From contig MU053482.1 in NCBI GenBank assembly GCA_013239625.1, forward strand, positions 5,035,775-5,099,774: a stretch of 64,000 nucleotides of DNA. Reading direction: 5' to 3'. The DNA comes from Lama guanicoe (lineage: Eukaryota). The translations under genes were made by a program, and so were the position numbers. Each line of letters begins with the position of its first letter. Positions within the stretch are counted from its first letter, which is position 1. A model generated the notes under the pieces. The model was not told the DNA's origin and searched no databases. It was given only the letters and a program-made list of their open reading frames with translations. This document shows positions 37,670 to 49,769 of the stretch, piece by piece.

Positions 37670-40600
37670 TTTTTTAATAGGCAAGTTTATATTTTTAGAT
37701 TTACAAGAAAAATGCAAGGACAGTACAGAGTTCCGATATTCCTATACCCAGTTTCTCGTCCTGTTAACTTCTTACATTAATATGGTAGGTACTTCTGTTA
37801 CAATTCATGAGCCAGTGTTTATATATTATTAACTGAAGTCCATAGTTTACTCAGATTTCTTCAGGTTTTACCTGATGTCCTTTTTCCGTTCCGGGACATC
37901 AGGTAGGACACCATATTACACTTGGCCGCCACATCTCCGTGGGCTCCTCTTAGCTGTTACATTTTCTCAGACTTTCCTTGCTTTTAATGACCTTGACGGT
38001 TTTGAGTACTAATCAAGGGTTTTTTAGGATGCCCCTCTATTGGAATTTGTCTGATGTTTTTCTCTTGATTGGTCTAGGGTTTAGGGGGTTTTGGAAGGAA
38101 GAGCAGAGGTAAGTGTTGTTTTCATCACCTCACATCAGCTCCCGTGTGATTGATGTTGACCATCTCACCTGGCTGAGGCAGCTGTTCGTCAGGTTTCTCC
38201 ACTGTCAAGTTACTCTTTTCCCCCTTCCCATGTCTGCTCATGGGTAGGAAGTCACCATGCACAACCCACATTTAGGGAGTGAGGGGCTGTGTTCTTCCTC
38301 CTTGAGGGCATGGGATCTACATGAATTATTTGGAACTCTACAAAGAATTTTTTCCTCTCTCGCATTATTCAGTCATTTATATTGGTATAGATTCATGAAT
38401 AATTTTGTGCTTTGGGTTATAATCCAATACTACTTCATTTATTTTGTGGCTCAGATTTTTCCAGCTGCCTTACTTTCTGCTTCTAGGCTCATCTGGTACA
38501 TTTCCTCTCTGGTCCTAGAATCAGCCATTTTCCCAAGAAGCCCTAGTTGCTTTTATTGGAGAATGGTACTAGGAGCCCAGATCTGGGTACTAGGTATGTT
38601 CATTGCTACCAGAGTCATTTCTTTTAGGCCTTCTCAGCTAACAGGACAAGGAAATATATGTGTATACTCTAATCCATTAAACACACATATCTCTAAATAT
38701 TTCTGTAGGTAGCAATCTGTATATTAAGATAAACGTGAATTCTTACTGAGGTCTCCAACTCTAATTCATTACCACATGGATCATCCTAGCCTTTTCCCTT
38801 GCTTATCTGTAACCTCCCACTCCAACAATGACAGACCTGGCTTCTGCCATCCACCATCCATTTACCCAATTGTTCAATTCTGGTATACATGTATAGCAGT
38901 ATCAGAATTGTTAACCCATAGCCCTGTGGGGAGTAACTTTATTAACTAGAATACAGTGCTTGTGTGTAGTTCCTCTTACCTTAGGTCTCTCAGACTCCAT
39001 TCATTCCCAGTGATACTAAGGTCTGCACTGTTCCCCTACCCTCCTTCAGTGAGGTTGTCTCATATGCTTGTATTACAGTTAGATTCTGTTGTCATATCTG
39101 CATTCCATCCTTGGGTTTCCAGCCTCCTTTTTTTTTAACTTTTTTTTATTGAGTTATTGTCATTTTACAATGTTGTGTCAAATTCCAGTGTAGAGCACAA
39201 TTTTTCAGTTATACATGAACATACATACATTCATTGTCACATTCTCTTTCGCTGTGAGCCACCACAAGATCCTGTATGTATTTCCCCATGCTACATAGTA
39301 CAATCTTGCTTATCTATTCTACGTTTTGAAATCCCAGTCCCTTCCCAGTCCCCGTCCCCCTGGCAACCACAAGTTTGTATTCTATGTCTATGAGTCTGTT
39401 TCTGTTCTGTAGTTATGGTTTTGTTTTTTTTTTTTTAGATTCCACATATGAGTGATCTCATGTGGTATTTTTCTTTCTCTTTCTGGCTTACTTCACTTAG
39501 AATGACATTCTCCAGGAACATCCATGTTGCTGCAAATGGCGTTATGTTGTCAGTTTTTATGGCTGAATAGTATTCCATTGTATAAATATACCACATCTTC
39601 TTTATCCAGTCATCTGTTGATGGACATTAAGGCTCTTTACATGTCTTGGCTATTGTAAATAGTGCTGCTATGAACACTGGGGTGCAGGTATCATTTTGAA
39701 GTAGGATTCCTTCTCGATATATGCCTAGGAGTGGGATTCCTGTCCCCTATGGTAAATCTATTCCTAGTCTTTTGAGGAGTCTCCATAGTGTTTTCCACAG
39801 TGGCTGCACCAAACTGCATTCCCACCAGCAGTGTAGGAGGGTTCCCTTTTCTCCACAGCCTCTCCAGCATTTGTCATTTGTGGACTTTCGAATGTTGGCC
39901 ATTCTGGCTGGTGTGAGATGATACCTCATCATAGTTTTGATTTGCATTTCTCTGATAACTAGTGATATTGAGCGTTTTTTCATGTGCCTATTGATCATTT
40001 GTATGTCTTCCTTGGAGAATTGCTTGTTTAGGTCTTCTGCCCAGTTTTGGATTGAGTTGTTTATTTTTTTCTTATTAAGTCGTATGAGCTGCTTATATAT
40101 TCTGGAGGTCAAGCCTTTGTCTGTTTCATAGTTTGCAAAAATTTTCTCCCATTCCATAGGTTGTCATTTTGTTTTACTTATGATTTCCTTTGCTGTGCAG
40201 AAGCTTGTAAGTTTAATTAGGTCCCATTTGTTTATTCTTGCTTTTATTTCTATTTCTTGGGTAGACTGCCCTAGGAGAACATTTTTGAGATGTATGTGAG
40301 ATAATGTTTTACCTATATTTTCTTCTAGGAGGTTTATTGTATCTTGTCTTACATTTAAGTCTTTGATCCATTTTGAGTTTATTTTTGTGTATGGTGTAAG
40401 GGAGTGTTCTAGCTTCATTGATTTACATGCTGCTGTCCAGTTTTCCCAACACCTTTTGCTGAAGAGACTGTCTTTATTCCATTGTATATTCTTGCCTCCT
40501 TTGTCAAAGATGAGTTGACCAAAAGTTTGTGGGTTCATTTCTGGGCTCTCTATTCTATTCCATTGGTCCATATGTCTGTTTTTGTACCAGTACCATGCTA

Positions 40601-42930
40601 TCTTGATGACTGTAGCTCTATAGTATTGTCTGAAGTCTGGGAGAGTTATTCCTCCAGCCTCTTTCTTTTTCTTCAGTAATGCTTTGGCAATTTTAGGTCT
40701 TTTGTGGTTCCATATAAATTTTACTATGATTTGTTCTAGTTCTGTGAAATATGTCCTGGGTAATTGGATAGGGATTGCATTAAATCTGTAGACTGCCTGG
40801 TTTCCAACCTCCTAAATGATTTTTTTTAAGTTTGCGTACATTAAGGTTTACTACTTGTGCTATAAAGTTCTTTGAGTTTGACAAATGCATAAAATCACGT
40901 ATCCATCATTACAGTATCATACAGAACCAGTCTCATCGTCTTAAAATTTTTCCGTACTTTGCCTGTTCAACCCTTCCCCAAACTCCTGGTAACCACCAAT
41001 CTTTTTACTGTATCTATAGTTTTAAGTTTTCCAAATGTCATATAATTGGAATCATACATAGCATTTTTAGATGAGCCTCTTTGACTTAGGAATTGTACAT
41101 TTAAAGTTCTTCCATGTCTCTTCGTGGCTTTATTGCTCATTTCTTTTTATCACTGAGTATTTCTTCGTATGGATATACCACAATTTGTTTATCTGTTTGC
41201 TTATTGAAGGCTATCTTGGTTGCTTCGAGATTTTGGTAAACATGAATAAAGCTGATATAAATATCAGATGCAGGTTTTTATGTGAATATGTTTTCAAATC
41301 AACTGGGTAAATACTTAGGCACACGATTGCTGGATTAAATTGTAAGACTTTGTAGGAAACTACCAAACTGTCTTCCAAAAATGGCTGTACCATTGTGCAT
41401 TCCCACCAACAGTGAATGAGAGTTCCTGGTGCTTCACATCCTTGTCAGCATTTGGTATTGTCAGTTTTTTGGATTTTAGTCATTCTAATAAGTGTGTAGT
41501 AGTGTCTCGTTGTTTTAATTTGTTATCCCCTAATGACAAATGATGTTGAACACCGTTTCATATGCTTATTTGCCATCATACCTGTTCTTTGGTGCCATGA
41601 CTGTTTAGATCTCTTGCCCATTTTGTAGCCAGGTTGTTTGTTTTTTTATTGTTCAGTTTTAGAGTTCTTCGTATATTTTGTATACAAGTCTTGTATCAGA
41701 TATTTATTTTGCAAACATTGTCTCCAAGTCTGTGGTTTGTCTTTTCATTCCCTTAATGATATCTTTCACAGAGTAGAAATTTAATGAGGTCCAACTTACC
41801 AATTTTTCTTTCATAGATTATCCTTTTGGTATATAAAAATTCATTGCCAAACCCAAAATCACAGAGATTTTCTCCTGTGTTTTTTTCCTAGAAATTTTAT
41901 ATACAGTGTTTTATGCTTAGTTCTGTGATCATATTGAGTTAAATTTTATGAAAAATGTATGCTCTGTGTCTAGATTAATTTTTTTGCATATGGACAGCCA
42001 GTTCTAACACTGCTTGTTGGTAAGACTATCTTTTCTTCATTGAATTGCTTTTGCTCCTTTGTCAAAGGGAATATTTTTGTGTCTGTTTCTGGGTTCTCTG
42101 TTCTTTTCCATTGATCTATATGTCTGTTCTTTTGCCAGTACCATGCTTTTTTGATTAGCGTAGCTTTATGGTAAGTCTTAAAGTCTAGTAGTGTCAGTCC
42201 TCCAACTTTTTTCTTCTTCAATATTGTGTTGGCTACTCTGGGTCTTTGCTTTTCTGTGTAAACTTTAGAATCAGTTTGTTGATATCCAAAAATAGCTTGC
42301 TGTGATTTTGACTGGGATTGCATTGAATCTATAGATGAAGTTGGAAAGAATTGACTACTTAATATTATGTCTTCCAGTCCATGAACACTGAATCTCTCTC
42401 CATTTATCTAGATCTTCTTTGATTTCTTTCATCAGAATTTTGTAATTTTCTGCTTATCAATCCTGTACACATTCTGTTATATTTGTATGTAATTATTGCA
42501 TTTTGGGTGCTACTATAAATGATATTGTATTTTAAATTTCTAATTCTAATCATTCATTGCTAGTATATAGGAAAGCAATCGATCTTTGTTTATTAACCTT
42601 GTATCCTGCAACCTTATTATAATTGCTTGTTAATTCTAAGAGTTTGGGGGGTTTTGTTCTATTTTGGTTTGGTCAATTCTTTGGGATGTTCTACATAGTC
42701 AATAATCTTACCTACAAAGATGAATTCATTTCCTCTTTCCCAATTTGTATGCCTTTTACTTCCTTCTCCTTTATTATTGTACTAGCTAGAATTTTTAGTA
42801 TGATTTTGAATAGGTGTGATAAGAGGAGACATCTTTGCCTTGTTCCTCATCTTAGGGTATAAGCATCCAGTTTCTCACCTTTAAGTATGATGTTTTTTGT
42901 TAGCTATAGTGTTTTTGCTGGATGTTCTTT
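37670..42930 (-). mobile_element. Old L1 (L1MC/L1MD-type) 3' UTR plus distal ORF2, split by a young L1
   Basis: 3' end ttttagatttacaagaaaaatgcaaggacagtacagagttcc. ORF2 remnant [42 protein letters not shown] (41970-42323). The host sequence resumes after the TSD at 40813. Confidence 0.85.
39129..40798 (-). mobile_element. Young lineage-specific L1, 5'-truncated (~1.67 kb: ORF2 C-terminus, 3' UTR, poly(A))
   Basis: Same-frame ORFs [10 protein letters not shown]...[16 protein letters not shown] and EWEKIFAN...[18 protein letters not shown] (the ORF2p Cys-rich motif), broken by in-frame stops. TSD ggtttccagcctcct (39114-39128) / ggtttccaacctcct (40799-40813). Confidence 0.95.
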
Positions 42931-43439
42931 CAGGATGATGTCTCACATAGAGATAAATTGTTGGGATGTGCTCACCAGACAGTGTCGTTGTCTCTAGCTG
43001 CCAATAAGTTCTGTGGGGGCCCTTGAGCCATTAAGAAATTAAGGGAGCTTTAGGAGCTTTCCAGAGGACCAGAAATTAATCAGTAGAGTCCTGATAAGGA
43101 TCTCAAGCAGCCTAGGCATCTCACTGGGACCCTCCTGCACTGAAGGAGGAAGAACATCCTGCTTATTCTCTTGCCCTCCCTCAGTATGTTGTTTGGGTTT
43201 TTCCCTCTGTAGGCACAGGGAGCATGGTCCAGGGCGTGCTGGGGAACAAATGGATTTGCAGCCCTTGACTCTCAGGACCCCACCTACTTATTTGCCCCTC
43301 TGTCCCTCTCCACAGCTTCCCCTGTGTGCTCCCTGCATTCCCGGTGCTCAGACAAAATCAGTCCTCTAACACCTGCCTTGTTTGTCCACATTTTGCTGTT
43401 TTTACACAATATGTGCTTTTTGTGGGGTACCTGTGTCAG

Positions 43440-43742
43440 ATGAAAATTTAAGTTTTTCAAGTCCAGCTCAAATGTCCCCCTCTCTGGGAATCGTTCCCAG
43501 CCTTCTCCATCCCAAGTTATCCTTGTTTGACCTGAGTTCCCAGAGCCCTCTGGTTACACTTCCCTCACCCCTGAGTGCAGCTGACCGCCTGTTGTGTTTT
43601 TATGTGCCTGCCCCTCCCACTACCTGTGAGCAGCTTGAGGCCCAACTCACGTCAAATCCCCAAACCCTTATCCCCAGTGCTGGCACAGGGTTTGCTTCAG
43701 AGGAGATGCCCAGTAACTGTTTATTGGTTGAATGAATGAAAT
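43440..43742 (+). mobile_element. L2 3' end
   Basis: ccagctcaaatgtcccctctctggga...ctgtgagcagcttgagg...ttgaatgaatgaa. Confidence 0.75.
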
Positions 43743-43994
43743 TACTGGCCTTGCATAAATGGACCCTTTTGTGCTCTTAGAAATGTCTCTCTGTTCTTCT
43801 CGCCATATTTGTTTTCCACCTGGTGTTCTTTGAGTCCCTGTATATATATTTTGGAGTGAAAGAGATGCCTGTAGCTATTCTGTTTCCCATGGAAAAAAAT
43901 GGAAAGGAAAATTACTGTTCATTGCAGACCTACTGCATTCATCCATCAACTTTATAAGCCTGGTGTCCCATGTTCCATTAACTTTATAAGCCCT

Positions 43995-44552
43995 GGTATA
44001 AGAGAGTTCAGGCTCCAAGCCCCAGAAAACACCGACTCAATTGGCTTAAACAATAAAGGAACTTATTATATCACTTACACCAAGACACACAAAGCTAGAG
44101 TGGCTTTAGGGATGGTGGCTTGGCAGTATCAACAAGAACCCCCTTCTATCTCTCTTCTCCGTCAACTTTAGCATACTAGCTTTTTCTTTGGGTTAACTTA
44201 CCTTATGGCTACAAAGTGGCTGCAGTAAATCCAGGCTTAACATCCCGATGCAATAATGGTTAGAAAGAGAAAGATACCTTCTCTTCCTTGGGCCTGACTT
44301 TAAAATGTAGGAGAACTTTTCTAGAAGCTTCTGGAAATTTCCTGTCACAGTTCTTTGACCAGAATTGTGTTACAAGACAACGTTTGAGCCCATCACTGCT
44401 AAGGGGATTGAAATCATCATGTTAGCTTAAATCAATCAAAATCACACCTAGAGGCAGAGGAAGGAGGGGTGTATACTGGGACAAAATGAGGGTTCTTTCA
44501 GCAGAGAAAAATAAAATCAATATTGGGGAGGAAACCACCAGTGTCAGCTACA
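43995..44552 (-). mobile_element. MLT1 (J/K-type) MaLR solo LTR
   Basis: gactcaattggcttaaacaataaaggaactta, atggctacaaagtggctgcag, ttgaccagaattgtgttaca, ending gtgtcagctaca. Confidence 0.75.
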
Positions 44553-44699
44553 CCCTTGCTTTACAGAGAATAGTTTTATACCAAATTTCAGGGAGGTTAA
44601 GTCACGAACGTAAGGTCCCACAGCTGATAAAAATAGAAGTAGGGTTCAAATCCAGCTCTTTCAAACTCCAAAGCCCATCAGTGTACTTTTCCTGCTGTG

Positions 44700-45260
44700 T
44701 AGCCAGCCCCCGAGTGAGACTGCATTTCCCAGAAGAGCCCAGCACCCTTTCCCGCGGTAAGCGCGTCAGGAGTCCCGGCTATCGCCCCGCTCTCCCGAGC
44801 CCGACCTTCAGCTGGGCATTTAATCTGTTCATTAAGTTATGACTAATGGCGCTGCGAGACACCGAGGGCTGCACATGCAGACTTAGTTTTAGATTGTTAG
44901 AGGAGGTTGAAAGGAGAAACATCATATTCATATTCTAGGCCGAGAAAATTGAATTGCAACCCTTTCTCTTTCAGAGCACAGGGATCGGCGAGGGGCTTCT
45001 GCCGGGTCCTGCTTTGGTTTAATAGAAATGAAACCTGCAAAGCACGCGGGCTGTTTTGGGAACGGGGCCACTAATGCAGCCCCACGGGGCGGGGGCCAGG
45101 CCTGAGCTGGGCAGTTTGCATATTCACTTTTACAAACAGTTGGCTCCGAGTCAGCAGTTAATGGGATGGGAATGATGTTCCTGTACCAAATCATTTCCTG
45201 AAAAAAAAATTTCCAATTGCAAACATATCTCAGCCTTTCTTCTCGGGTTTGTTTTGTCTC
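44700..45260. promoter_or_regulatory. Candidate intronic regulatory element (CpG-rich, repeat-free)
   Basis: About 13 CpGs in 44710-44865, GC box ggggcgggg at 45086-45094, TEAD-type ggaatg at 45169-45174. Motif evidence only. Confidence 0.4.
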
Positions 45261-46725
45261 TGTGAGTGAATTAAAGAGGCAGGGTAGAGGGGAGTGTTTC
45301 TGACTGGAGATTTTTCATCTGAAAACATTTTGAACAAGATCTACCCAGAAGAGATCCTGTTCGGCCACACCCTTAGGAGTCCTGGCGCATATATTACATT
45401 TCTAGTCACACATGAGAGGTGTAAATATCTCCATATTCACAGATTGGCTCTGGCTGTACAACAGTCTTGGGACAGAGGCGGCTTTTTTCTCTTGACAAAA
45501 TGTAAGCTGAACATGCTGCTCTAGAAATATGCACACATATGTAAACACACACTCAGGGTCAGGCCAAAATAGGATTTTTTTTCCCCTAAGGACAAGCTGA
45601 AATCCTTCTTTGCATCCTATACACCCCTTTGGTAAATTGCGCTTCAACGTATAACCTATGCAGTGGAAGGGTGGTGGTCTTAACAGTTTTTTCATTTATT
45701 CAACAAATGGTTCTTGAGTCCTTACCGTAAGTAATAATAGCATATAATTACATATCTCTTACCAGGCACTCTTCTAAGTGCTTTACATATATTCAATCAT
45801 TTAATCCTCTCAGCCACCCTAGGAGGTAGGCAGTATTATTATCATCTCCATTTTGCAGATAAGGAAACTGAGGTATAAGAGGCTGGTGAACTTGCCCACA
45901 GTCACCTAGCCAGGAAGTGGTGGATCCTGGATTGGAATCTAGGCAGTCTGGCTCCTCTTTGGAGACCTAATAGTGGACAAAAGAGAGAGTGCCAGTCTTC
46001 CCACGGCTTGCATTCTGTTGAGGGGGAATAGTTAACACATAGAGAAATAATCATTATTTCGGACGGTAACGAGTGCTGTGAAGAAAACACGACATGAGAG
46101 GGAGGCAGAGGGCTCATCAGAGGGTCTTGCAGGCGGTCTTAGTAAGGAGTGGGGTTTATTTGGAGAATGGAAGGCTTAAAGCAGGAGAATGTGGGATCCT
46201 GTTTACATCCTTATAAACCATCTGATTATGCGATGGAAAGTAGGTAGGGCTGGGGGCATGCGTCAGAAAGCAGTAGACCAGTTGGAAGGTGGTTCTGGTA
46301 GTTTAGTTGAAAGATAATAGTGGCCTGACCCAGGATGGTGGTGGTGGTGGTGGACATGGTAAGAAGTGGTTGGAAGAAGGTCCTAGTGTGGCGGTGAAGC
46401 CCACAAAACTTGCCAATGTGTTGGCTCAGATGGTGAGGAAGAAGAAGTGAAAGGTCATTTCCTCAGATTTTGGCTTGAACCACTATGTAAATAGTAGTGC
46501 CCTTTAAGAGAAGACTAGGGGATGGACAGGTCTTGGTTTAGTGTTGTTATGGCGGGGACGAGGGCGCTGAGACTCACGGGTTCTGTTTTGAATGTGTAAA
46601 TTGGAGATCTCCATTAATAGACGTGAGGGGACACATCAAGAAAGCCTGGAGCTCAGGGTCAGGCCTCAGCTGGAGATTTTAAACGTGGACATCATCAGCA
46701 TTTGGATACACGGGATCACCTAGGA

Positions 46726-47212
46726 CAGGGCCATGCAACCGACTTTGCTGTGACAGTGGAAATCTGCATCGGCACTGTCCAGTGTGGTACCACTTGCCCT
46801 ACCTGGGTCTTTGAGCACTTGAAATGTGAAAGATGCAACTAAGAAACTGAATTTTTTAGATATATTTTTATTGAAGTATAGTCAGTTAACAATGTTGTGT
46901 CAATTTCTGGTGTACAGCATAATACTCAGTTATATAGGAACATACGTATAGTCATTTCCATATTTTTTTCATAATAGGTTACTACAAGATATTGAATATA
47001 GTTCCCTGTGCTATACAGTGTAAGCTTGTTTATCTATATATTAGTTGGTATCTGCAAATCTCCAACTCCCAGTTTATCCTTTCCCACCCCCTTCCCCCAT
47101 TGGTAACCATAAGTTTGTTTTCTATGTGTGTGAGTCTGAGAAATTGAATTTTCAATTCATTTGAGTTGTAATAGCCGCATGTGGTTAATGGCTTCTGTAC
47201 TGGACAGCGCAG
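46726..47212 (+). mobile_element. MER3 MITE split by an L1 insertion
   Basis: 5' half ...ttgagcacttgaaatgtg...aagaaactgaatttt. 3' half aatagccgcatgtggttaatggcttctgtactggacagcgcag. Confidence 0.8.
46856..47135 (-). mobile_element. Lineage-specific L1 3' end (~280 bp) with a 17-bp imperfect TSD
   Basis: ttattgaagtatagtcagtt...ttccctgtgctatacag...ggtaaccataagtttgttttctatg. TSD ctaagaaactgaatttt (46839-46855) / ctgagaaattgaatttt (47136-47152). Confidence 0.88.
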
Positions 47213-48926
47213 ACCTGGCTAGGGGGATGTAAATGCAGAAGGTCCTGGGTAGGAGCTAGTCTCTTCACTGGCCAGCAAGCCCAGCCTCACATCCACACTG
47301 TGATGTGACTTTACTTCCACTGCCCGTAGCTCACCTGGTGGTGCTTGTTAAGTCATGGAAATCTTGCTTCTTTGTGAGAAACAGCCTGGAAAAGAAAGCA
47401 AACTGCTAGTGCTAGGAGGAACACTAGAAGAAATTATAGAAGTCTAAGGAAGCAATTGTTCTTTGGAAAGCAAACGCAATCCTATACTTACAGAATCATT
47501 TAAGCTTTGAAGGGTCACTTAAAGTTTTCAGTTATGTTTTTATGGGTGGGGGGATTATATAGAGTAGTGGGTGTCTGTGACTTTGGAGAGTCGAGATGGT
47601 GACTGGCCGATATCCCATGTGAATGTCAAGAGCCCACAACAGCAGGACTAAATACCAGCTTCATAATGCGAGTTGTGTCTCTTTAGGGTCGAGTGGGTTT
47701 CACTCTCTTTGTTAGGCAATCTTGCTCCCTGTCCAACTGCAACCACCAGTGAGTTTGCTAATATGAAAGAACTCTTTGTAAGCAGCTGTCTTGTGCTTGA
47801 GGCTTCTTGCAAGTGTATGCTGGCAATCGGTGAAGCCAGAGTCAATAAAAAATAAAATAGAAAGATGGGACATTGCTTTTATTAAGGTTGATTACGGCTG
47901 CTTATCAGTGCTTTAAGAGCCTTTGGGTGACCAACACCTTCAGAGAAAATAGTCCTTCAGAGCTTCATTGTTGAAAAGTCATCATCCAAACTAGAACTGA
48001 GTAGAGGTGAAGGGATCTGAATCACCGCTTTCAAGGGAGGTGTTAATCCAAGGTCAGTGTTCAGCAAGAGTCCATCATACCACTGGTTTTGTGGTGGGAA
48101 TTTTTATTTTTCACTAAGGCTTCATGTGGGGGATGCATGTGTGGAGGGAGCAGGCTGGACATCTATAGTGGTCCTTGACCTCTTGTGATTTTTCGTGTGA
48201 GGACAGTAGAGTTGTAGATTTCTAGGATTTGGAAACTGTAAAAGAACTTTTTTACTGGTCAACCATTGTAGCGCATCATGTCCAGCTGAGGAAACGGGCC
48301 TGGAGAGGTGAGGTGCCCGGCCCCAGGGCCCATGACTCCTTATTGCTGAAGGGACAGGTCCAGAGCCCAGGCTGGACGGGGGCATTCTCGAGCAGCAGCC
48401 CGAGGAAGGAGGGAGGATAATCAGAAAATTACTCAGGGAAACCGAATCAGGAGAGAAGTCAGCGGAGGGTTGACCCGAAGATGGAAACAATCTACAACAC
48501 AAATGTAGCCTCCACTGGGGGACCTGGTTCATCCGATCCATGAAGAGTTGTCGGGCGCCCACTGTGCACCAGACAGCAAGCCCTTGAAGGAGGGATAGGC
48601 CAGAGGCGAAGGCAGAGCCTTAAGAAAGACATCAGTGCCCGTCTCACTTCCGTCTATTCTGACATCATTTCTGAGAGGAGGCAAATTTCCATACCCGGTT
48701 TCTCAGGAAAGCGAGTGTGGTGACAGAAAAAGTGAGATGAAGGGGACAATTTGGTCCTTGTAGCAAGGAGAGGCAGGAATCGGTTGCAGGCTGAGTAACA
48801 GCTGCAGGCTAATGTGGCTTTATTTCTCAATTTCTCAATACATACCAGTATGGAGCACGACTGTGACGGAGCCCTGCCCCTAGTCCTCAGTGGGCTGCAG
48901 TGTGACCCTGTGCTTTCTTCCCGCAG

Positions 48927-49016
48927 TGTCAGAGCTTCAGGAGGAGGGCATGAACGCCATCAACCTGCCCCTCAGCCCCATCCCCTTCGAGCTGGACCCT
49001 GAGGACACGATGCTGG
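48927..49016 (+). CDS. PARVA: Alpha-parvin coding exon (canonical exon 2; 90 nt, phase 1-1)
   Basis: Acceptor tttcttcccgcag| and donor G|gtaacg. Translates (G)TG-start VSELQEEGMNAINLPLSPIPFELDPEDTML(E), matching alpha-parvin as I recall it. Beta-parvin differs here (VSDLQEEGKNAINSPMSP). Confidence 0.97.
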
Positions 49017-49096
49017 GTAACGGGGTCTCTTGTTCTCTGGGTTAGCCTAATGCCTTCATGTGGGACCACCCTGCTGACTGCCTTTTCTTTTTAAAG

Positions 49097-49167
49097 AGGA
49101 GAATGAAGTGAGAACGATGGTGGATCCCAACTCACGCAGCGACCCCAAACTTCAAGAACTGATGAAG
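49097..49167 (+). CDS. PARVA: Alpha-parvin coding exon (canonical exon 3; 71 nt, phase 1-0)
   Basis: Branch point ctgac (A at 49077), acceptor ccttttctttttaaag|, donor AAG|gtaaga. Continues the frame as EENEVRTMVDPNSRSDPKLQELMK. Confidence 0.97.
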
Positions 49168-49429
49168 GTAAGAGGAAATCAGAAAGGGGCTTCAGGTGCC
49201 TCCCAGACTCAACAGGTGTCTGTAGACCACCCGCCATGTGCAGGCACCACGGGAGCCCCTGCAGAGAGAATAGAAAGTCCTAGCCGTCCCTGTCCACAGG
49301 CAGCTTGTGGTCCAGGAGGTGGACATGGAAAACTTCACAGAAGGTGGGGCACGACTAAAGCCCAGGGAATGGTGTTGGTCATGAGTGCCAGAGGAGTTAG
49401 CGCGAGTAAGCGCACATTTGCTAGGATCT

Positions 49430-49595
49430 TATAGCTCACACAGTCCTTTCACTGCTTTTCTCAAGGACCCTCCAAAGCACCCTGTGAAGGAAGATTTAGT
49501 ATTATCCCCATTTTACAGATGAGGAAACCGAGTGTCAGAATAGCCAGGTGGTGTGTGTATGGTCACAGCAGAGTGGAGGAGGTGGGATTCAAACA
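49430..49595 (-). mobile_element. MIR SINE
   Basis: attatccccattttacagatgaggaaaccgag...gggattcaaac. Confidence 0.85.
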
Positions 49596-49769
49596 GAAAT
49601 GAATGAGAGGAAGTGAAATACTGTGCGTAATGTTCTTTGCACAGTGGCTGACAAGTGGTCACCCCTCAAACAATGTTCATTTCATCCCCTTTCTGATTCC
49701 CCGTCCTGTGTTTTTCTTCTTCAACTTCTCCAAGCTGCACTTAAAAAACAGGACAAAAAGCACTGGATG

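Larger units (their letters stand above)
45690..47250 (-). mobile_element. L2 3' region hosting a MIR (~45735-45960), a MER3 and a young L1 end
   Basis: Begins ttcatttattcaacaaat. L2 phrases ttaaagcaggagaatg, tggagctcagg...gctggagat, catcagcat. MIR core ccattttgcagataaggaaactgagg. Confidence 0.75.
1..48926 (+). other. PARVA: 3' part of PARVA intron 1
   Basis: The N-terminal exon (MATSPQKSP...KKAKE) and a promoter-scale CpG island were not found upstream in the window. The sequence is repeat-rich and non-coding. Confidence 0.85.

Noticed and set aside
39747..40571. L1 ORF2 ORFs as an active or host gene
   Set aside because: The element is 5'-truncated, lacks the EN and RT domains and has in-frame stops. 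It is a dead copy.
754..41385. Other CArG matches (~754, ~17436, ~41375)
   Set aside because: They lie inside L1 or LTR remnants, and the total count is about what base composition predicts by chance.
49108..49434. 108-aa ORF beginning RTMVDPNSRSDPKLQELMK
   Set aside because: Only the part up to 49167 is exon 3. The rest is read-through past the gtaaga donor, with no evidence of an extended exon.
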